A stretch of DNA of 64,000 bases from Victivallales bacterium (GCA_045114235.1 JBGUKB010000078.1:1200-65199), one strand, 5' to 3'. Shown: positions 19,683-30,592, numbered from the stretch's first letter. Made by a program: numbers and translations. The notes: generated from the sequence alone by a model not told the origin.

Positions 19683-19711
19683 TTGAAAACAGGAAAAAAG
19701 GGTGGTATAGT
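19683..19711 (+). promoter_or_regulatory. Sigma70-type promoter TTGAAA-N17-TATAGT, 9 nt upstream of the ATG (leaderless geometry)
   Basis: TTGAAA 19683-19688, TATAGT 19706-19711, ATG at 19721, no SD. Confidence 0.45.
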
Positions 19712-19720
19712 TAGCGGGAA

Positions 19721-22039
19721 ATGGAAATACCTCCGGAATCAGTCATCAATCGGAAAGAACGTGCCAATATGAAACCCGAACAGAACGAACCGACGGCGGA
19801 ACCCGCCGCGAAAGGATACAGCTTCAACACATTCAGCGGGGTCTTCCTGCCGTCCATCCTGACCATCCTCGGCGTGGTGATGTTCATGCGACTGGGGACG
19901 ATCGTGGGCAACCTCGGCATCGCGGGCGCGTTCGGCATCCTGCTGGTGGCGGAGAGCATCGCGGTCGCGACCGGGCTTTCCATCTCGGCGATCTCCACGA
20001 ACACGCCGGTGAAGAGCGGCGGCCCGTACTTCCTGATCTCGCGGTCGCTGGGGCCGGGCTTCGGCGCGTCCATCGGGCTGACCTACTACGTGTCGCAGTC
20101 GCTGTCCGTTCCGTTCTACGTGATCGGCTTCTCGGAGGCGTTCGTGACGGTGTTCCCGTCGTTCGCGCCACAGCTGCTTTGGGTCGGACTGATCCCGCTG
20201 GCGGTCCTTTTTACAATCGCAATGATCGGCGCGAACTGGGCGATCCGCACGCAATACCTCATCATGGCGATCCTGGCGCTGTCCATCGTGGCGATCCTCG
20301 GCGGCGCGGCGGCGAGCGGGCCGACGCTCGAAGGCTTCCGCACCAATTTCCACGCGGTCAAGGGGATCAAGCTGGACATCCTGATCCTGGCGACGAATTT
20401 CGCCGTGTTCTTCCCCGCCGTGACCGGATTCCTCGCCGGCGTCAACATGTCCGGCGACCTGCAGGACGCACGCAAATCCATCCCGCGCGGCACGATCCTG
20501 GCGATCGGCGTCGGGTTCGTGATCTACGCCGTGGAGATCATCCTCTTCGGCGCAGCGTGGAACCGGACGGACCTTATCGAAAACACCTACGGCACGCTCG
20601 TGAAAAACGCCGTATTCCACACCGGATTCCTCGTCTTCGCGGGCATGGCGGCCGCCACGCTGTCCAGCGCGCTCGGCACGCTGATCGGCGCGCCGCGCAT
20701 CCTGCAGGCGTTCGCCGCGGACAAGATCTTCACGCCGCTGAACTTCTTCGCCTGGGGACGCGGCAGGAACAACGAGCCGATCCCGGCGATGTGCCTGACG
20801 CTCCTGATCTCGGCGGGCATCCTGTTCTGGGGCAGCCGCCAGGGCAGCGGCGGCACCGCGCTGAACGCCGTCGCCGAGCTCGTGACCATGTTCACGCTCT
20901 GCACTTACGGCATCATCAACATCGCCGCCGCGGTCGAGCATTTCGCCGCGAACCCGTCCTTCCGCCCGAAATTCCGCCTGTTCCACTGGGCGGTCGGCTG
21001 CTACGGGGCGGCGGCGTGCTTCGCCGTGGCGCTCTTCATCAACGCCGGACTGCTGATCGTGGCGTTCATCATCGTAGGCGTCCTCTTCCTGATCGCACGC
21101 CGCAAATCGCTCGCCAGCACGTTCGGCGACGCCCGCCGCGGCTACTACTTCGAACGCATCCGCCGGTGCCTCATCCATCTGGCGTCCATGCCGTCCGACG
21201 CGAAGAACTGGCGCCCCCAGATCCTCATCCTCGCCGGGCCGAACAAGAAGCACCTCGCGCTCATCCGGTACGGATCGCTGCTGAACAACGAACGCGGCAT
21301 CATGTCCGTGGCGCGCTTCCTGAACCCCGGCCCCGATCCGGCGGCCGCGGAGAAGCAGCGCAAGCAGGAGGAAGCGAAACTCCGCGAGATCGCGGAGGAA
21401 TCCGGCACGCAGTTCTTCCCGGTCGCAGTCACGACCTCCGAGGAGACCGATTTCGACGAGGCGCTGAACGTCTTTCTTCAGTCGCACTCGCTCGGCCCCC
21501 TCGCGCCAAACATCGTGCTCTCCGGCTGGCCCGTCAACAAAGACCGCGTCGAGGCGTTTTTTCAGCACCTGCAGACCATCCGTCTGCTCCGCATGAACAC
21601 GCTCGTCCTCATCAATCCCGAACGCGCCGCCGAGGAGCCGGGCGACGGCCCCATCGACATCTGGTGGCGCGGACGCCAGAACGGCTCCCTGATGCTCATT
21701 CTCGCGCATCTGCTGACCTGCAACCGCGGATGGCACAAGACGAATATCCGCCTGCTGCGCCTGTCCGACCCGGAACACCGTCCCGAGGCGGAACAGGAAC
21801 TCGCGCAGCTCGCCTACGATTCGCGCATCGAGGCGCAGCACCTCGTGCTGTCGCAGGAGGCCGATTTCGAAACGGCGTTCCGCGCGTACTCCTCGAAAGC
21901 GTCCCTCGTTTTCCTCGGGTTCATCCCGCCCCAGCCGGAGGACTGCCGGTCGTTCTACGAACGCATCAGCGCCCAGCTCGAAGGCATGCCGACGACCTTC
22001 CTCGCGGCGTCCGCGGGCGACACCGACCTGGATTCGTGA
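19721..22039 (+). CDS. APC-superfamily cation-chloride cotransporter (SLC12)-like permease with a large cytoplasmic C-terminal domain
   Basis: About 12 predicted TM segments (FSGVFLPSILTILGVVMFMRLG...) plus a ~280-aa soluble tail, as in CCC-family proteins. An alternative start exists at 19769. Confidence 0.8.
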   Translation: MEIPPESVINRKERANMKPEQNEPTAEPAAKGYSFNTFSGVFLPSILTILGVVMFMRLGTIVGNLGIAGAFGILLVAESIAVATGLSISAISTNTPVKSGGPYFLISRSLGPGFGASIGLTYYVSQSLSVPFYVIGFSEAFVTVFPSFAPQLLWVGLIPLAVLFTIAMIGANWAIRTQYLIMAILALSIVAILGGAAASGPTLEGFRTNFHAVKGIKLDILILATNFAVFFPAVTGFLAGVNMSGDLQDARKSIPRGTILAIGVGFVIYAVEIILFGAAWNRTDLIENTYGTLVKNAVFHTGFLVFAGMAAATLSSALGTLIGAPRILQAFAADKIFTPLNFFAWGRGRNNEPIPAMCLTLLISAGILFWGSRQGSGGTALNAVAELVTMFTLCTYGIINIAAAVEHFAANPSFRPKFRLFHWAVGCYGAAACFAVALFINAGLLIVAFIIVGVLFLIARRKSLASTFGDARRGYYFERIRRCLIHLASMPSDAKNWRPQILILAGPNKKHLALIRYGSLLNNERGIMSVARFLNPGPDPAAAEKQRKQEEAKLREIAEESGTQFFPVAVTTSEETDFDEALNVFLQSHSLGPLAPNIVLSGWPVNKDRVEAFFQHLQTIRLLRMNTLVLINPERAAEEPGDGPIDIWWRGRQNGSLMLILAHLLTCNRGWHKTNIRLLRLSDPEHRPEAEQELAQLAYDSRIEAQHLVLSQEADFETAFRAYSSKASLVFLGFIPPQPEDCRSFYERISAQLEGMPTTFLAASAGDTDLDS

Positions 22040-22131
22040 AACAGTCCGCCTGAAAGAAAGAAGCCCGTCCCGCGGCAAACGGACGCGCCGGGGACAGGCA
22101 AACGAACCGGGGAAAACGCCCGGGACCGAGC

Positions 22132-25100
22132 TTATTTTTTCGCCGCGGAGATCTTGAGCAGGAGCTTGGCGATATTCTCCGTGCGGAGCGGCTTCAGCAG
22201 GATGCCGGTGAACGGCGCGGGATCCGTGCTCTTGCACATTTCCACATCGGCAGTCAGGGCGTAAACCGGGAGATCGTACCACATCGGATTGCGGCGTATC
22301 TCCGCGGCGAGCTCCGGCCCGCTCATGTTCGGCATCCAGACGTCGGTGAGCACGGCGTCGTACCGGGTGTCGTTCATCATCGTCAGGGCGTCCCTGCCGG
22401 ACGTGGCGGAGCCGATGTTCCTGACGCCGAGTTTTCTGCAAAGCGCCTCCAGCACCTTCAGGTTCAGCTCGTTGTCGTCGACCAGCAGCAGGGACAAATT
22501 GACGTCCGCGGGCAGTGCGTGCGTCCCGCCCTGCTGTTCGAGCTCGGCGGGAGCTTCAAGCTGGTACTCGATGTGCGGGATCTCGACCGTGAACGAGCTG
22601 CCGACGCCGAGTTCGCTGTCGATCCTGACTTTGCCGCCCATTTTCGCCGCCATGAGGTTGCAGATGGAGAGGCCGAGCCCGGTGCCGCCGACCTGGTTCT
22701 TCGTACGGATGCGCACGAACGGCTGCATGAGTTCGGAGAAATGGCTCCTGTCGATGCCGATACCGGTGTCCTGCACGGTGAACGCGAGCAGTCCGGTCTT
22801 CCCGCCGGCGTCCGGCGTGAACCGGAGATGCAGGGTGACGCCGCCCTTTTCGGTGAACTTGACGGCGTTTCCGATGAGGTTGAAGAGGATTTGGCTGACG
22901 CGCTGGGCGTCGACCTTCACCCACGGGATCTCGTCGGGCGCGTCGAGCTTCAGGTACAGGGACTTGTTGCGCGCGGCGTCGCCGACAATGGTGAGGACGG
23001 ATTCGGCGAGGCGTCGGAAATCGCACATGGCGGGGTAGAGTTTGAGCTTGCCCGCGTCGAGGGAGGCGAAGTCCAGCACGTCGTTGATGAGCTGCATCAG
23101 GGTGTTGCCGCTGAAAATGATGTTGCCGAGGTATTCCGTCGCCTTTTCCGGCGGGAGCCCGCCCTGTTGGAGCAGTTCGGAGAACCCGATGATGGAGTTC
23201 AGCGGCGTGCGGATGTCGTGGCTGACGCAGCTGAAGAAGAAGCTCTTCGCCTTTTCGGCGGAAACGGCCTTGTCGCGTTCCTTTTTCAAGTTCTCCGTGA
23301 GCTCGTATTTCAGGAGCATCATGTTCGCCGTGTGCTGGAAGTTGCCCAGCATCTCGTAGTCGGTCTGCGAGAACGAACGCCACGGATCCTTGAAATAGAT
23401 CGAAACCGCGCCCCACACGCGGTCGCCGTGCATGAGCTTGAAGGAACTGCGCGTCCCCATCCCGGTGGCGCGGATAGTCTGCGCGAGGTTGGGATCCTCG
23501 AGCGGAATGTTCTGCAAATCGTTGTCGACCGTAACGTCACATCCTTCCAGCCTGGCGATCCATTCTTCGTCGAAGCTGGTGAGTTCGCGGACCTTCATGA
23601 TGGACGGGGTGAACGGCTGGCCGGAGTCCTCGAAGCCCCATGTGGCGAGGAGCTCCACTCCGTCCGGCTTGAAGTGGATGAAATTGCCGCCGTTCGCCGA
23701 GAAGTAGCCGGCGATGACGCGGATGACCTCCTGGAAAGCACGGCTGTCCTCTTCTGTCTCGGAGAGGATGGCCTCCATGCAGGCCGAAGTTGCTTCCTGA
23801 CGGCGCATGCGGCGGTCGGATTCGGTGATGTCCACGGCAAACATGAAGATATAGGAAAGTTTGTTCGAATCGTCCGTCACGCCGTGGGCGTCGATCTGCC
23901 AGAGCTTGCCGTTGATCTTCCGCTGGATGGAGGACGTGCGCAGGCCGTTCATGATCGCCTGAAGAAGCTGCGGCTTCACTTCGCGTTCGAGCGTGGCGAT
24001 CGACTCCTGATAGGGCTTGTTGCAGCGGAGCAGACGGCCGAAGCCGTCGAACATCGCCACAGGGATGATGGTATTGTCGATGAGCAGTTGGTTTTCCTGT
24101 TCACGGCGCTGGATTTCGCGCTGGGCGATGCCGCGTTCCACGGCCATGGAAAGCAGCGAAGCGGCAGCCTGCACCAGCTGGAGGTCGGCGGGACTGAAAT
24201 GCGTCCTGTAGTTGACGTAATGGACGGCCAGCCCGCCCCAGAAACGACCGTTGATGGTCACGCGGGCGATGATGGCGGATTTGGAGTGGCACCCGACGTC
24301 CGGCGAATCCGCGTAAAGCGCTTCGGCGTCCTCGAACGCGAGCACGGGCTCCTTGCGTCTTTCGCGGCACTGCTTCAGGATCGGGCAGTCCGGATCGTGC
24401 TTGCCGAGGCGGTCGACGCCGGGGCGCGTCCATTCGTTCGTGAGGCGGAGGCCGTCCGAAGACTTCTGCGGGAGCAGGAGAACGCGGTCGCAGTGCAGGA
24501 CGTCGAGCATTTGCCCGGCCAGATAGTCGCAGAATTCGCGGATGTCGGGATGGTCGGTGAAGTAGGCAAGGATGTTCATCTTGAACTTCTCGATCCCGTG
24601 CAGCTTGCGTTCCTCTGTCACGTCGTGCGCGATGCCGACCAGCATCTTCCCGCCCTGGTCCGTGCGGAACGGCAGCAGCCATTTCTCGAAGACGTGCCAG
24701 CCGACCCCCGGCACGACCTCGTCGACGTCGGTGTGGATCAGGTCCTTCGAGTTCATCGCGTCGGCGTGTTCTGAGGTCAGCTTGTCCGCGACCACCTTCG
24801 GGAAGATGTCGTAGTCCGTCTTGCCAATGACCTCGTCGCGTGTGCGTCCGATCATGCGGCAGAACTTGCGGTTGCACAGGGAGTAGCGGAAATCGTTGCC
24901 GGCGTCCTTCACGAAGAAGGACATGGGCAGCGTGTCGATGATCTGCTCCAGCAGGCGGATGGAGTCCGCCAGGTTCTGCTGTTCGCGTATGCGGTAGAGG
25001 ATGGCGGCGAACGTGTCCACCATCATGAGGCGGGGTTCGTTGTTGTAGGCCGGGAACGGCATGCGTCTCGTGAACTGAATGAGCATCGTGCCGATGTAGC

Positions 25101-26238
25101 GCTTCTGGTTGAAGATCTCGAACGCGAGGTGGCAGCACGGATATCCGGGGCATTTTTCGGGGATCTCGGCCAGTTCCGGCACATGGGCGATCTCCGGGAT
25201 CGCGCAGGCGTGCCTTTCCTTCAGGATCGGCCGCATGTAGCCTACCATCTTTTCCCTCAGTTCGGGCGTGAGCTTCGGCAGTTTGTCCGCCATGTCCGGA
25301 CGCACGAACTCCGTCTGCTTATCCAGCTCGAGGTTCAGCCACACCATCCGGCAGCTGTCGAACTCGCGGAAGATGATCTCGGTGATGATCGACAGGACCT
25401 TGTTCATGTCGGTCTCATTCTGCGTCTTCTTCAGGATCTCGGCGTTCGCCGCCTCGTATTTGTGGAAGAATGCTTCCGCCGTGATGTCCTCGACCGTGCC
25501 GAGGATCAGGCGACGCCCGGACGGGTCGACGTACAGGTTCTCCACGAGGTGCACGAACTGCGGGAACCCCTTGTCGTCCAGCAGCGCCAGACGGAAATTC
25601 TGCGTATGCTCCGGGGCCTGCACGGTCTTTTCGGAGAAGCCGCGCCATTGTTCGGCGACCGGAGCGGGAAGGAAGTCGGCGGCCTTCTTGCCGCGCACCC
25701 CCATCTGATCGACGCGGAATATCTGCGCGAAGCTGCGGTTCGCACGCATGAAACGGAAATCGTCGTCGACCTCCTGCACGTATACGCCGAGCGGGATGTT
25801 GTTCGCAATGGTCCGGAAAAGACTCCCCTCGTTTCCGGCCGCGTTCCAGCCGGAGTTGTCGGCCTGCGCGGACTGGACGGAGAAGAAGAGGACGCCCGCC
25901 TCCGTGCCGTCGGAAAGGACCGCGGGTTGCATGACGGATTCGTACCACGCGCCGGAGGATTCGGCGCAGATGTGGAATATGAGATCGAATCCGGGCAGGG
26001 AAACGCGGCATGCGCCGTCGCCGGATTTCACGGCGTCAGCCGGGATCAGTTCGTCAAGAGACTGTCCGGCAAGCCCGCCGGAACCCCGCTCGAACGCCTT
26101 TTCCGCAGCAGGATTCCCGTACAGGATCGCACCGTCGCGCCCGACGACGATCACGCCGTCCGACAGGTGGCAGTATACAGCATCAAAAGCCCCGGAAGCG
26201 AGGCGGATTTGTCCATTGTTCGTTTGTTTCCCGGCCAT
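22132..26238 (-). CDS. Hybrid sensor histidine kinase / response regulator with multiple PAS/GAF sensor domains (1368 aa)
   Basis: H-box SHDIRTPLNSI, N/G boxes NLIGNAVKFT, DTGIGI and GGTGLGLSI, C-terminal receiver (LLVDDNELN...DVWMPNMSG...LKP). Confidence 0.9.
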   Translation of the reverse strand: MAGKQTNNGQIRLASGAFDAVYCHLSDGVIVVGRDGAILYGNPAAEKAFERGSGGLAGQSLDELIPADAVKSGDGACRVSLPGFDLIFHICAESSGAWYESVMQPAVLSDGTEAGVLFFSVQSAQADNSGWNAAGNEGSLFRTIANNIPLGVYVQEVDDDFRFMRANRSFAQIFRVDQMGVRGKKAADFLPAPVAEQWRGFSEKTVQAPEHTQNFRLALLDDKGFPQFVHLVENLYVDPSGRRLILGTVEDITAEAFFHKYEAANAEILKKTQNETDMNKVLSIITEIIFREFDSCRMVWLNLELDKQTEFVRPDMADKLPKLTPELREKMVGYMRPILKERHACAIPEIAHVPELAEIPEKCPGYPCCHLAFEIFNQKRYIGTMLIQFTRRMPFPAYNNEPRLMMVDTFAAILYRIREQQNLADSIRLLEQIIDTLPMSFFVKDAGNDFRYSLCNRKFCRMIGRTRDEVIGKTDYDIFPKVVADKLTSEHADAMNSKDLIHTDVDEVVPGVGWHVFEKWLLPFRTDQGGKMLVGIAHDVTEERKLHGIEKFKMNILAYFTDHPDIREFCDYLAGQMLDVLHCDRVLLLPQKSSDGLRLTNEWTRPGVDRLGKHDPDCPILKQCRERRKEPVLAFEDAEALYADSPDVGCHSKSAIIARVTINGRFWGGLAVHYVNYRTHFSPADLQLVQAAASLLSMAVERGIAQREIQRREQENQLLIDNTIIPVAMFDGFGRLLRCNKPYQESIATLEREVKPQLLQAIMNGLRTSSIQRKINGKLWQIDAHGVTDDSNKLSYIFMFAVDITESDRRMRRQEATSACMEAILSETEEDSRAFQEVIRVIAGYFSANGGNFIHFKPDGVELLATWGFEDSGQPFTPSIMKVRELTSFDEEWIARLEGCDVTVDNDLQNIPLEDPNLAQTIRATGMGTRSSFKLMHGDRVWGAVSIYFKDPWRSFSQTDYEMLGNFQHTANMMLLKYELTENLKKERDKAVSAEKAKSFFFSCVSHDIRTPLNSIIGFSELLQQGGLPPEKATEYLGNIIFSGNTLMQLINDVLDFASLDAGKLKLYPAMCDFRRLAESVLTIVGDAARNKSLYLKLDAPDEIPWVKVDAQRVSQILFNLIGNAVKFTEKGGVTLHLRFTPDAGGKTGLLAFTVQDTGIGIDRSHFSELMQPFVRIRTKNQVGGTGLGLSICNLMAAKMGGKVRIDSELGVGSSFTVEIPHIEYQLEAPAELEQQGGTHALPADVNLSLLLVDDNELNLKVLEALCRKLGVRNIGSATSGRDALTMMNDTRYDAVLTDVWMPNMSGPELAAEIRRNPMWYDLPVYALTADVEMCKSTDPAPFTGILLKPLRTENIAKLLLKISAAKK

Positions 26239-26543
26239 GGTTTTCGCGCGCCTTATACAAAGTATTTAAAACACAAAATAATCTTTTACTTTATCACGGA
26301 TTCTCTAAAAAGTCAAGCGCTGAAAAATGTTCCCCTTGGCATAAGAAACAGGCATTTTCAGCGTGCCGCAGTTCAATTATTTTTTCCTTATTTTTCTACG
26401 CGCATCCGGTTGATTTTTCTTTCATCGGCTGTATGTTATACGAAGACGGCAGACCGCCGCACTCTGCGGAAAATACGTCTGATATGCCCTGCAATCTCCA
26501 CCTCATACCGGCACGCGCCGGGAAAGGATCCGTCCCCGTGAAC

Positions 26544-28484
26544 ATGAAATCATTCACCATCGGAATCGCTCTCGCGGCGGCCGCCGCGCTGGCCGCCTGC
26601 ACGCAGAACAAATGGTCCGCGCCCCCGGGAGGGTATTACAATTATGTCTACATAACCCCTCATTGGGGGACACAAGCTTACGATGTAAACCTCAATCCGC
26701 TCGCCACACGGTCGGACCTCCAGAAGGCCGCCGTCGACATCCTCCGCCCCCTGCTCCCGTACTACTCGGACGGGAAGGCGCGGCTGCATCAGGGCTACAC
26801 CGGCGCGAGCTACCCGGACAGCACCGCGGAGATGGAGGCGTTCTCACGCCCGGTATGGGCGCTCGGTCCGCTCTGGGCGGGCGGCGGAGGCAGGGATCCC
26901 GAGCTCTGGAACACCTTCATGCGCGGGCTGATCTCGGGCACCGATCCGGCGAATCCCGAGTATTGGGGCAACGTCGGCGACTACGACCAGAAGATCGTCG
27001 AAATGGCGTCGATCGGGCTGGCGCTGGCGATCGCGCCGGAACAAGTCTGGGAACCGCTGACGAAGGAACAGCAGGACAACGTGTACAACTGGCTGAACAA
27101 CGCGAACCTCCGCAAAGCATGGCCGTGCAACTGGGAGATGTTCCGCGTGGTCGTGAACCTCGGATTCCGCCGCGTCGGGCGTCCGTACGACAAACAATCG
27201 GTCGAATCCGCGCTGAACGCCATGGAACCGTGGTATCTCGGCAACGGCTGGTACACCGACGGCGAAAACGCACACGCCGACCACTACAACTCCTGGGGCA
27301 TGCACTTCTACTGCCTGCTGTACGCCGCGCTGATGAAGGACGAGGACCCCGTCCGCGCCGAGCTCTATAAGGAGCGCGCACGCATTTTCGCGCAGGACTA
27401 CATGTATTATTTCGGCGGCGACGGCTCCGCGATCCCGTACGGACGCAGCCTCGCCTACCGGTTCGCCGAAGCGGCGTTCTGGGCGGCATACGCCTACGCG
27501 GACGTCGGCGGGATCGAGCCGGGCGTGGTGAAGGGGCTCTTCCTGCGCAACATGCGGAAATGGCTCAGCCGTCCGATCTTCGACGCGGGCGGCGTCCTGA
27601 CGGTCGGCTACGCGTACCCGAACATGAGCATGGCGGAGAGCTACAACGGGTTCGGCTCGGTCTACTGGGGCATGAAGTCGTTCCTCGTGCTCGCCCTGCC
27701 CGAGGACCATCCGTTCTGGGCCGCCGAGGAACTTCCGATGCCGGAGCTGCCCGCCTCGCGCCGCATGGATGGTCCCCACTTCATCGCCCAGCGCGACGGC
27801 GCGCACGCCGTGTTCTTCGCCGCCGGGCAGAAGCCGCGCATGCAGCACACGCACGGACAGGCGAAATACGAGAAATTCGCCTATTCCAATCTGTACGGAT
27901 TCGGCGTCCCGAAGGGTCCCTACGGACTCGCGCAGATCGTCCCGGACTCCATGCTCGCGATCACCGACGTCGGCAGCGACCGCTACGCCGTCAAACGTGA
28001 CACGAAGGACTACGAGGTCACCGACGACTGGATCCGCACCGACTGGTCCCCGCTCATGGGCGTCACGATCCGCACCTGGATCATCCCCGCCCTGCCCTGG
28101 CATGTCCGCATCCACGAGATCACCACCGACCGCACGCTCCAGACCTTCGACGGCGGATTCGCGTTCCCCGCCGACGGCGTCTCCGTGAAGACCGAACGCA
28201 AGTCCGTTTTCGTCTCGCAGTCCGGCGGCATGTCCTGCGGAGCCGTCGACCTCTCCGGCGGCCGCACAGCAATCAACCAGGGCACGGAGCCGAACACGAA
28301 CCTGATCCTGCCGCGCGCGACGATCCCCGGTCTTCAGGGCAACATCCCGAAAGGCACCTCCACGCTCGTTTCGGCGTTCTTCTGCGGAAGCGGCGAACGC
28401 GGCGCAACACCCTCCGTGACGACAACCGATGACATCTATACGGTACATATTGGCGGCAAGACCGTCGTGATTCAGCGCAAATAA
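26544..28484 (+). CDS. DUF2264-family lipoprotein (glycan-utilisation associated)
   Basis: Lipobox MKSFTIGIALAAAAALAAC. The body resembles DUF2264 proteins (NGWYTDGENAHADHYNSWGMHFY). The track start at 26010 is an upstream extension across non-coding AT-rich DNA. Confidence 0.7.
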   Translation: MKSFTIGIALAAAAALAACTQNKWSAPPGGYYNYVYITPHWGTQAYDVNLNPLATRSDLQKAAVDILRPLLPYYSDGKARLHQGYTGASYPDSTAEMEAFSRPVWALGPLWAGGGGRDPELWNTFMRGLISGTDPANPEYWGNVGDYDQKIVEMASIGLALAIAPEQVWEPLTKEQQDNVYNWLNNANLRKAWPCNWEMFRVVVNLGFRRVGRPYDKQSVESALNAMEPWYLGNGWYTDGENAHADHYNSWGMHFYCLLYAALMKDEDPVRAELYKERARIFAQDYMYYFGGDGSAIPYGRSLAYRFAEAAFWAAYAYADVGGIEPGVVKGLFLRNMRKWLSRPIFDAGGVLTVGYAYPNMSMAESYNGFGSVYWGMKSFLVLALPEDHPFWAAEELPMPELPASRRMDGPHFIAQRDGAHAVFFAAGQKPRMQHTHGQAKYEKFAYSNLYGFGVPKGPYGLAQIVPDSMLAITDVGSDRYAVKRDTKDYEVTDDWIRTDWSPLMGVTIRTWIIPALPWHVRIHEITTDRTLQTFDGGFAFPADGVSVKTERKSVFVSQSGGMSCGAVDLSGGRTAINQGTEPNTNLILPRATIPGLQGNIPKGTSTLVSAFFCGSGERGATPSVTTTDDIYTVHIGGKTVVIQRK

Positions 28485-28612
28485 AATCACGATTTTTATT
28501 TAAGGTTTTTACGTTTTTCCGCTTGATTCTTCCCGTTTTCTGTGTATATTAGGCTTTTGACGGAACAAACATCCCGAGTTAAGCTCAACACCAACCCCCA
28601 AGGAACTACAAA

Positions 28613-30592
28613 ATGAACCGTAAAACGACCGGAAGCATGCTCCTCGCCCTGATCGCCATGACCATCGGCGCGACCGCCTGCCAGTCCGCCCCCGTACCGG
28701 AAGCCGATCCCGAGGCCTCCGTCAAGGGCACCATGACCGTGAACATGAATGACAAGCTCAAGATCTCCGACACCATGTTCGGTATCTTCTTCGAGGACAT
28801 CAACTACGGCGCGGACGGCGGCCTGTACGCCGAGCTCGTGGCGAACCGCGACTTCGAATGTACCCCGGCCGACGCGCGCGGCTGGAACTCGAAGAAATTC
28901 TGGGTCGCGGACGGCTCCATCAAGTTCGATGTCGCAGTCGACAATCCGATCCACGCGAACAATCCGCATTACGGCGTGATCTCCGTCGACGCGGTCGGCG
29001 CGCGCCTCCTCAACGAAGGCTTCGGCGGATTCCGCTACGAAAAGGGCGCGAAGTACGACTTCTCCATGTTCGCGCGCCAGCAGGGCGACAAACCCGTCAA
29101 GATCGAGGTCGGCCTCCTCTCCGACACCGGCGCGGTCCTCGCCTCCAAGACGGTCGACGTGAAGTCCAAGAAATGGGACAAGGTCTCCGTCACCCTCACC
29201 GCCTCCGCCGGCAACTCCACCGCCGACGCCTGCGGCAAGTTCTATCTGAAGCCCCTTACCGCCGGCGCGCCCGTCGCCGTCGACATGGTCTCCCTCTTCC
29301 CGCAGGACACCTTCAAGGGCCGCAAGAACGGCCTCCGCAAGGACCTCGCCCAGACGCTCGCCGACCTGAAGCCGCAGTTCGTCCGCTTCCCCGGCGGCTG
29401 CGTGGCGCACGGCAACAGCTGGCAGGACGACTGCTACTACTGGAAGGACTCCGTGGGCGAGCTCGAAGAACGCAAGCCGATCAAGAACCGCTGGGGCTAC
29501 CACCAGACCCGCGGCCTCGGCTACTACGAATACTTCCTCTTCTGCGAAGACATCGGCGCGTACGCGCTCCCGATCATCACCGTCGGCGTCGACTGCCAGT
29601 TCACCGGCGGCCAGCAGGCTGTCCCGATGGACCAGATGGGCCGCATCGTCCAGGACGCCCTCGACCTCGTCGAGTTCGCCAACGGCTCCACCGACACCAA
29701 GTGGGGCGCGCTCCGCGCGAAGATGGGCCATCCGAAGCCGTTCGGACTGAAGTATATCGGCCTCGGCAACGAGGAACAGATCACCGACGCCTTCGAACAG
29801 CGCTTCAAAATGGTCAACGACGCCCTCGTCGCCAAGTATCCCGACATCGTCGTGGTCGGCACCGTCGGCCCCAGCGCCGAAGGACGCGACTACGACCGCG
29901 GCTGGAGATTCGCCCGTCAGGAAAAGATTCCGATCGTCGACGAGCATTTCTACAGGGATCCGAACTGGTTCGTGAACAGCGCCCAGCACCGTTACGACAG
30001 CTACGACCGCAACGGCCCGAAAGTCTACGCCGGCGAATACGCCGCCCACGCGCAGGGCAATCCGCGTCCGAACACCATCGAGACCGCCCTCGACGAGGCG
30101 ATCTTCCTGACCGGCGTCGAACGCAACGGCGACGTCGTCCTCATGTCCTCCTACGCGCCGCTCCTCGGCAAGCACGGCAACATGCAGTGGACCCCGAACA
30201 TGATCTACTTCTCAAACACCAAGGTCGACAAGACCACGACCTACGAAGTCCAGAAGCTCTTCGGCACGAACGCCGGCACGAACTACCTCAAGAACTCCCT
30301 TGACTTCGGCAGCGCGCTCGACCGCCGCCAGACCCTCCGGGTCGCCGCATCCGCCGTCCAGACCAAGGACGGAGACACCGTCCTGAAGTACGTCAACACC
30401 CTCGACCAGGCCGTCTCCATCACCGTCACGCTCGACAACAGCAAGGGCATCCCCGCCTCCGCGAAGCGCACCGTCCTCACCGGACCCGCCTTCACCGGAA
30501 AGGAATACACCCTTACCAACAACTATGTCAAGCTCGGCGAGAAGTTCATCGTGAACCTCCCCGCCCACTCCATGACCGTCATCCGCTTCTGA
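28613..30592 (+). CDS. GH51 alpha-L-arabinofuranosidase, lipoprotein
   Basis: FFEDINYGADGGLYAELVANRDFE, RFPGGC and GLGNEE motifs typical of GH51. Lipobox IGATAC. Confidence 0.85.
   Translation: MNRKTTGSMLLALIAMTIGATACQSAPVPEADPEASVKGTMTVNMNDKLKISDTMFGIFFEDINYGADGGLYAELVANRDFECTPADARGWNSKKFWVADGSIKFDVAVDNPIHANNPHYGVISVDAVGARLLNEGFGGFRYEKGAKYDFSMFARQQGDKPVKIEVGLLSDTGAVLASKTVDVKSKKWDKVSVTLTASAGNSTADACGKFYLKPLTAGAPVAVDMVSLFPQDTFKGRKNGLRKDLAQTLADLKPQFVRFPGGCVAHGNSWQDDCYYWKDSVGELEERKPIKNRWGYHQTRGLGYYEYFLFCEDIGAYALPIITVGVDCQFTGGQQAVPMDQMGRIVQDALDLVEFANGSTDTKWGALRAKMGHPKPFGLKYIGLGNEEQITDAFEQRFKMVNDALVAKYPDIVVVGTVGPSAEGRDYDRGWRFARQEKIPIVDEHFYRDPNWFVNSAQHRYDSYDRNGPKVYAGEYAAHAQGNPRPNTIETALDEAIFLTGVERNGDVVLMSSYAPLLGKHGNMQWTPNMIYFSNTKVDKTTTYEVQKLFGTNAGTNYLKNSLDFGSALDRRQTLRVAASAVQTKDGDTVLKYVNTLDQAVSITVTLDNSKGIPASAKRTVLTGPAFTGKEYTLTNNYVKLGEKFIVNLPAHSMTVIRF

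Noticed and set aside
26331-26351. TTGGCATAAGAAACAGG upstream of the DUF2264 gene as a sigma54 element
   Set aside because: The -12 region reads ACAG, not TTGC/TGC, so the spacing and consensus fail.
26010-26543. Upstream extensions of track ORFs. This one extends DUF2264. The others are 18817 (sanA), 31210 (CE7, TTG), 33026 (Y-family polymerase), 43095 (aroG-pheA), 51113 (purF), 59358 (GyrI-like), 59377 (glnK) and 62243 (XAT)
   Set aside because: The extensions cross AT-rich intergenic DNA, promoters, terminators or repeat elements, and lack homology. Internal ATGs have SDs and/or give canonical N-termini (signal peptides, the Ntn Cys context).
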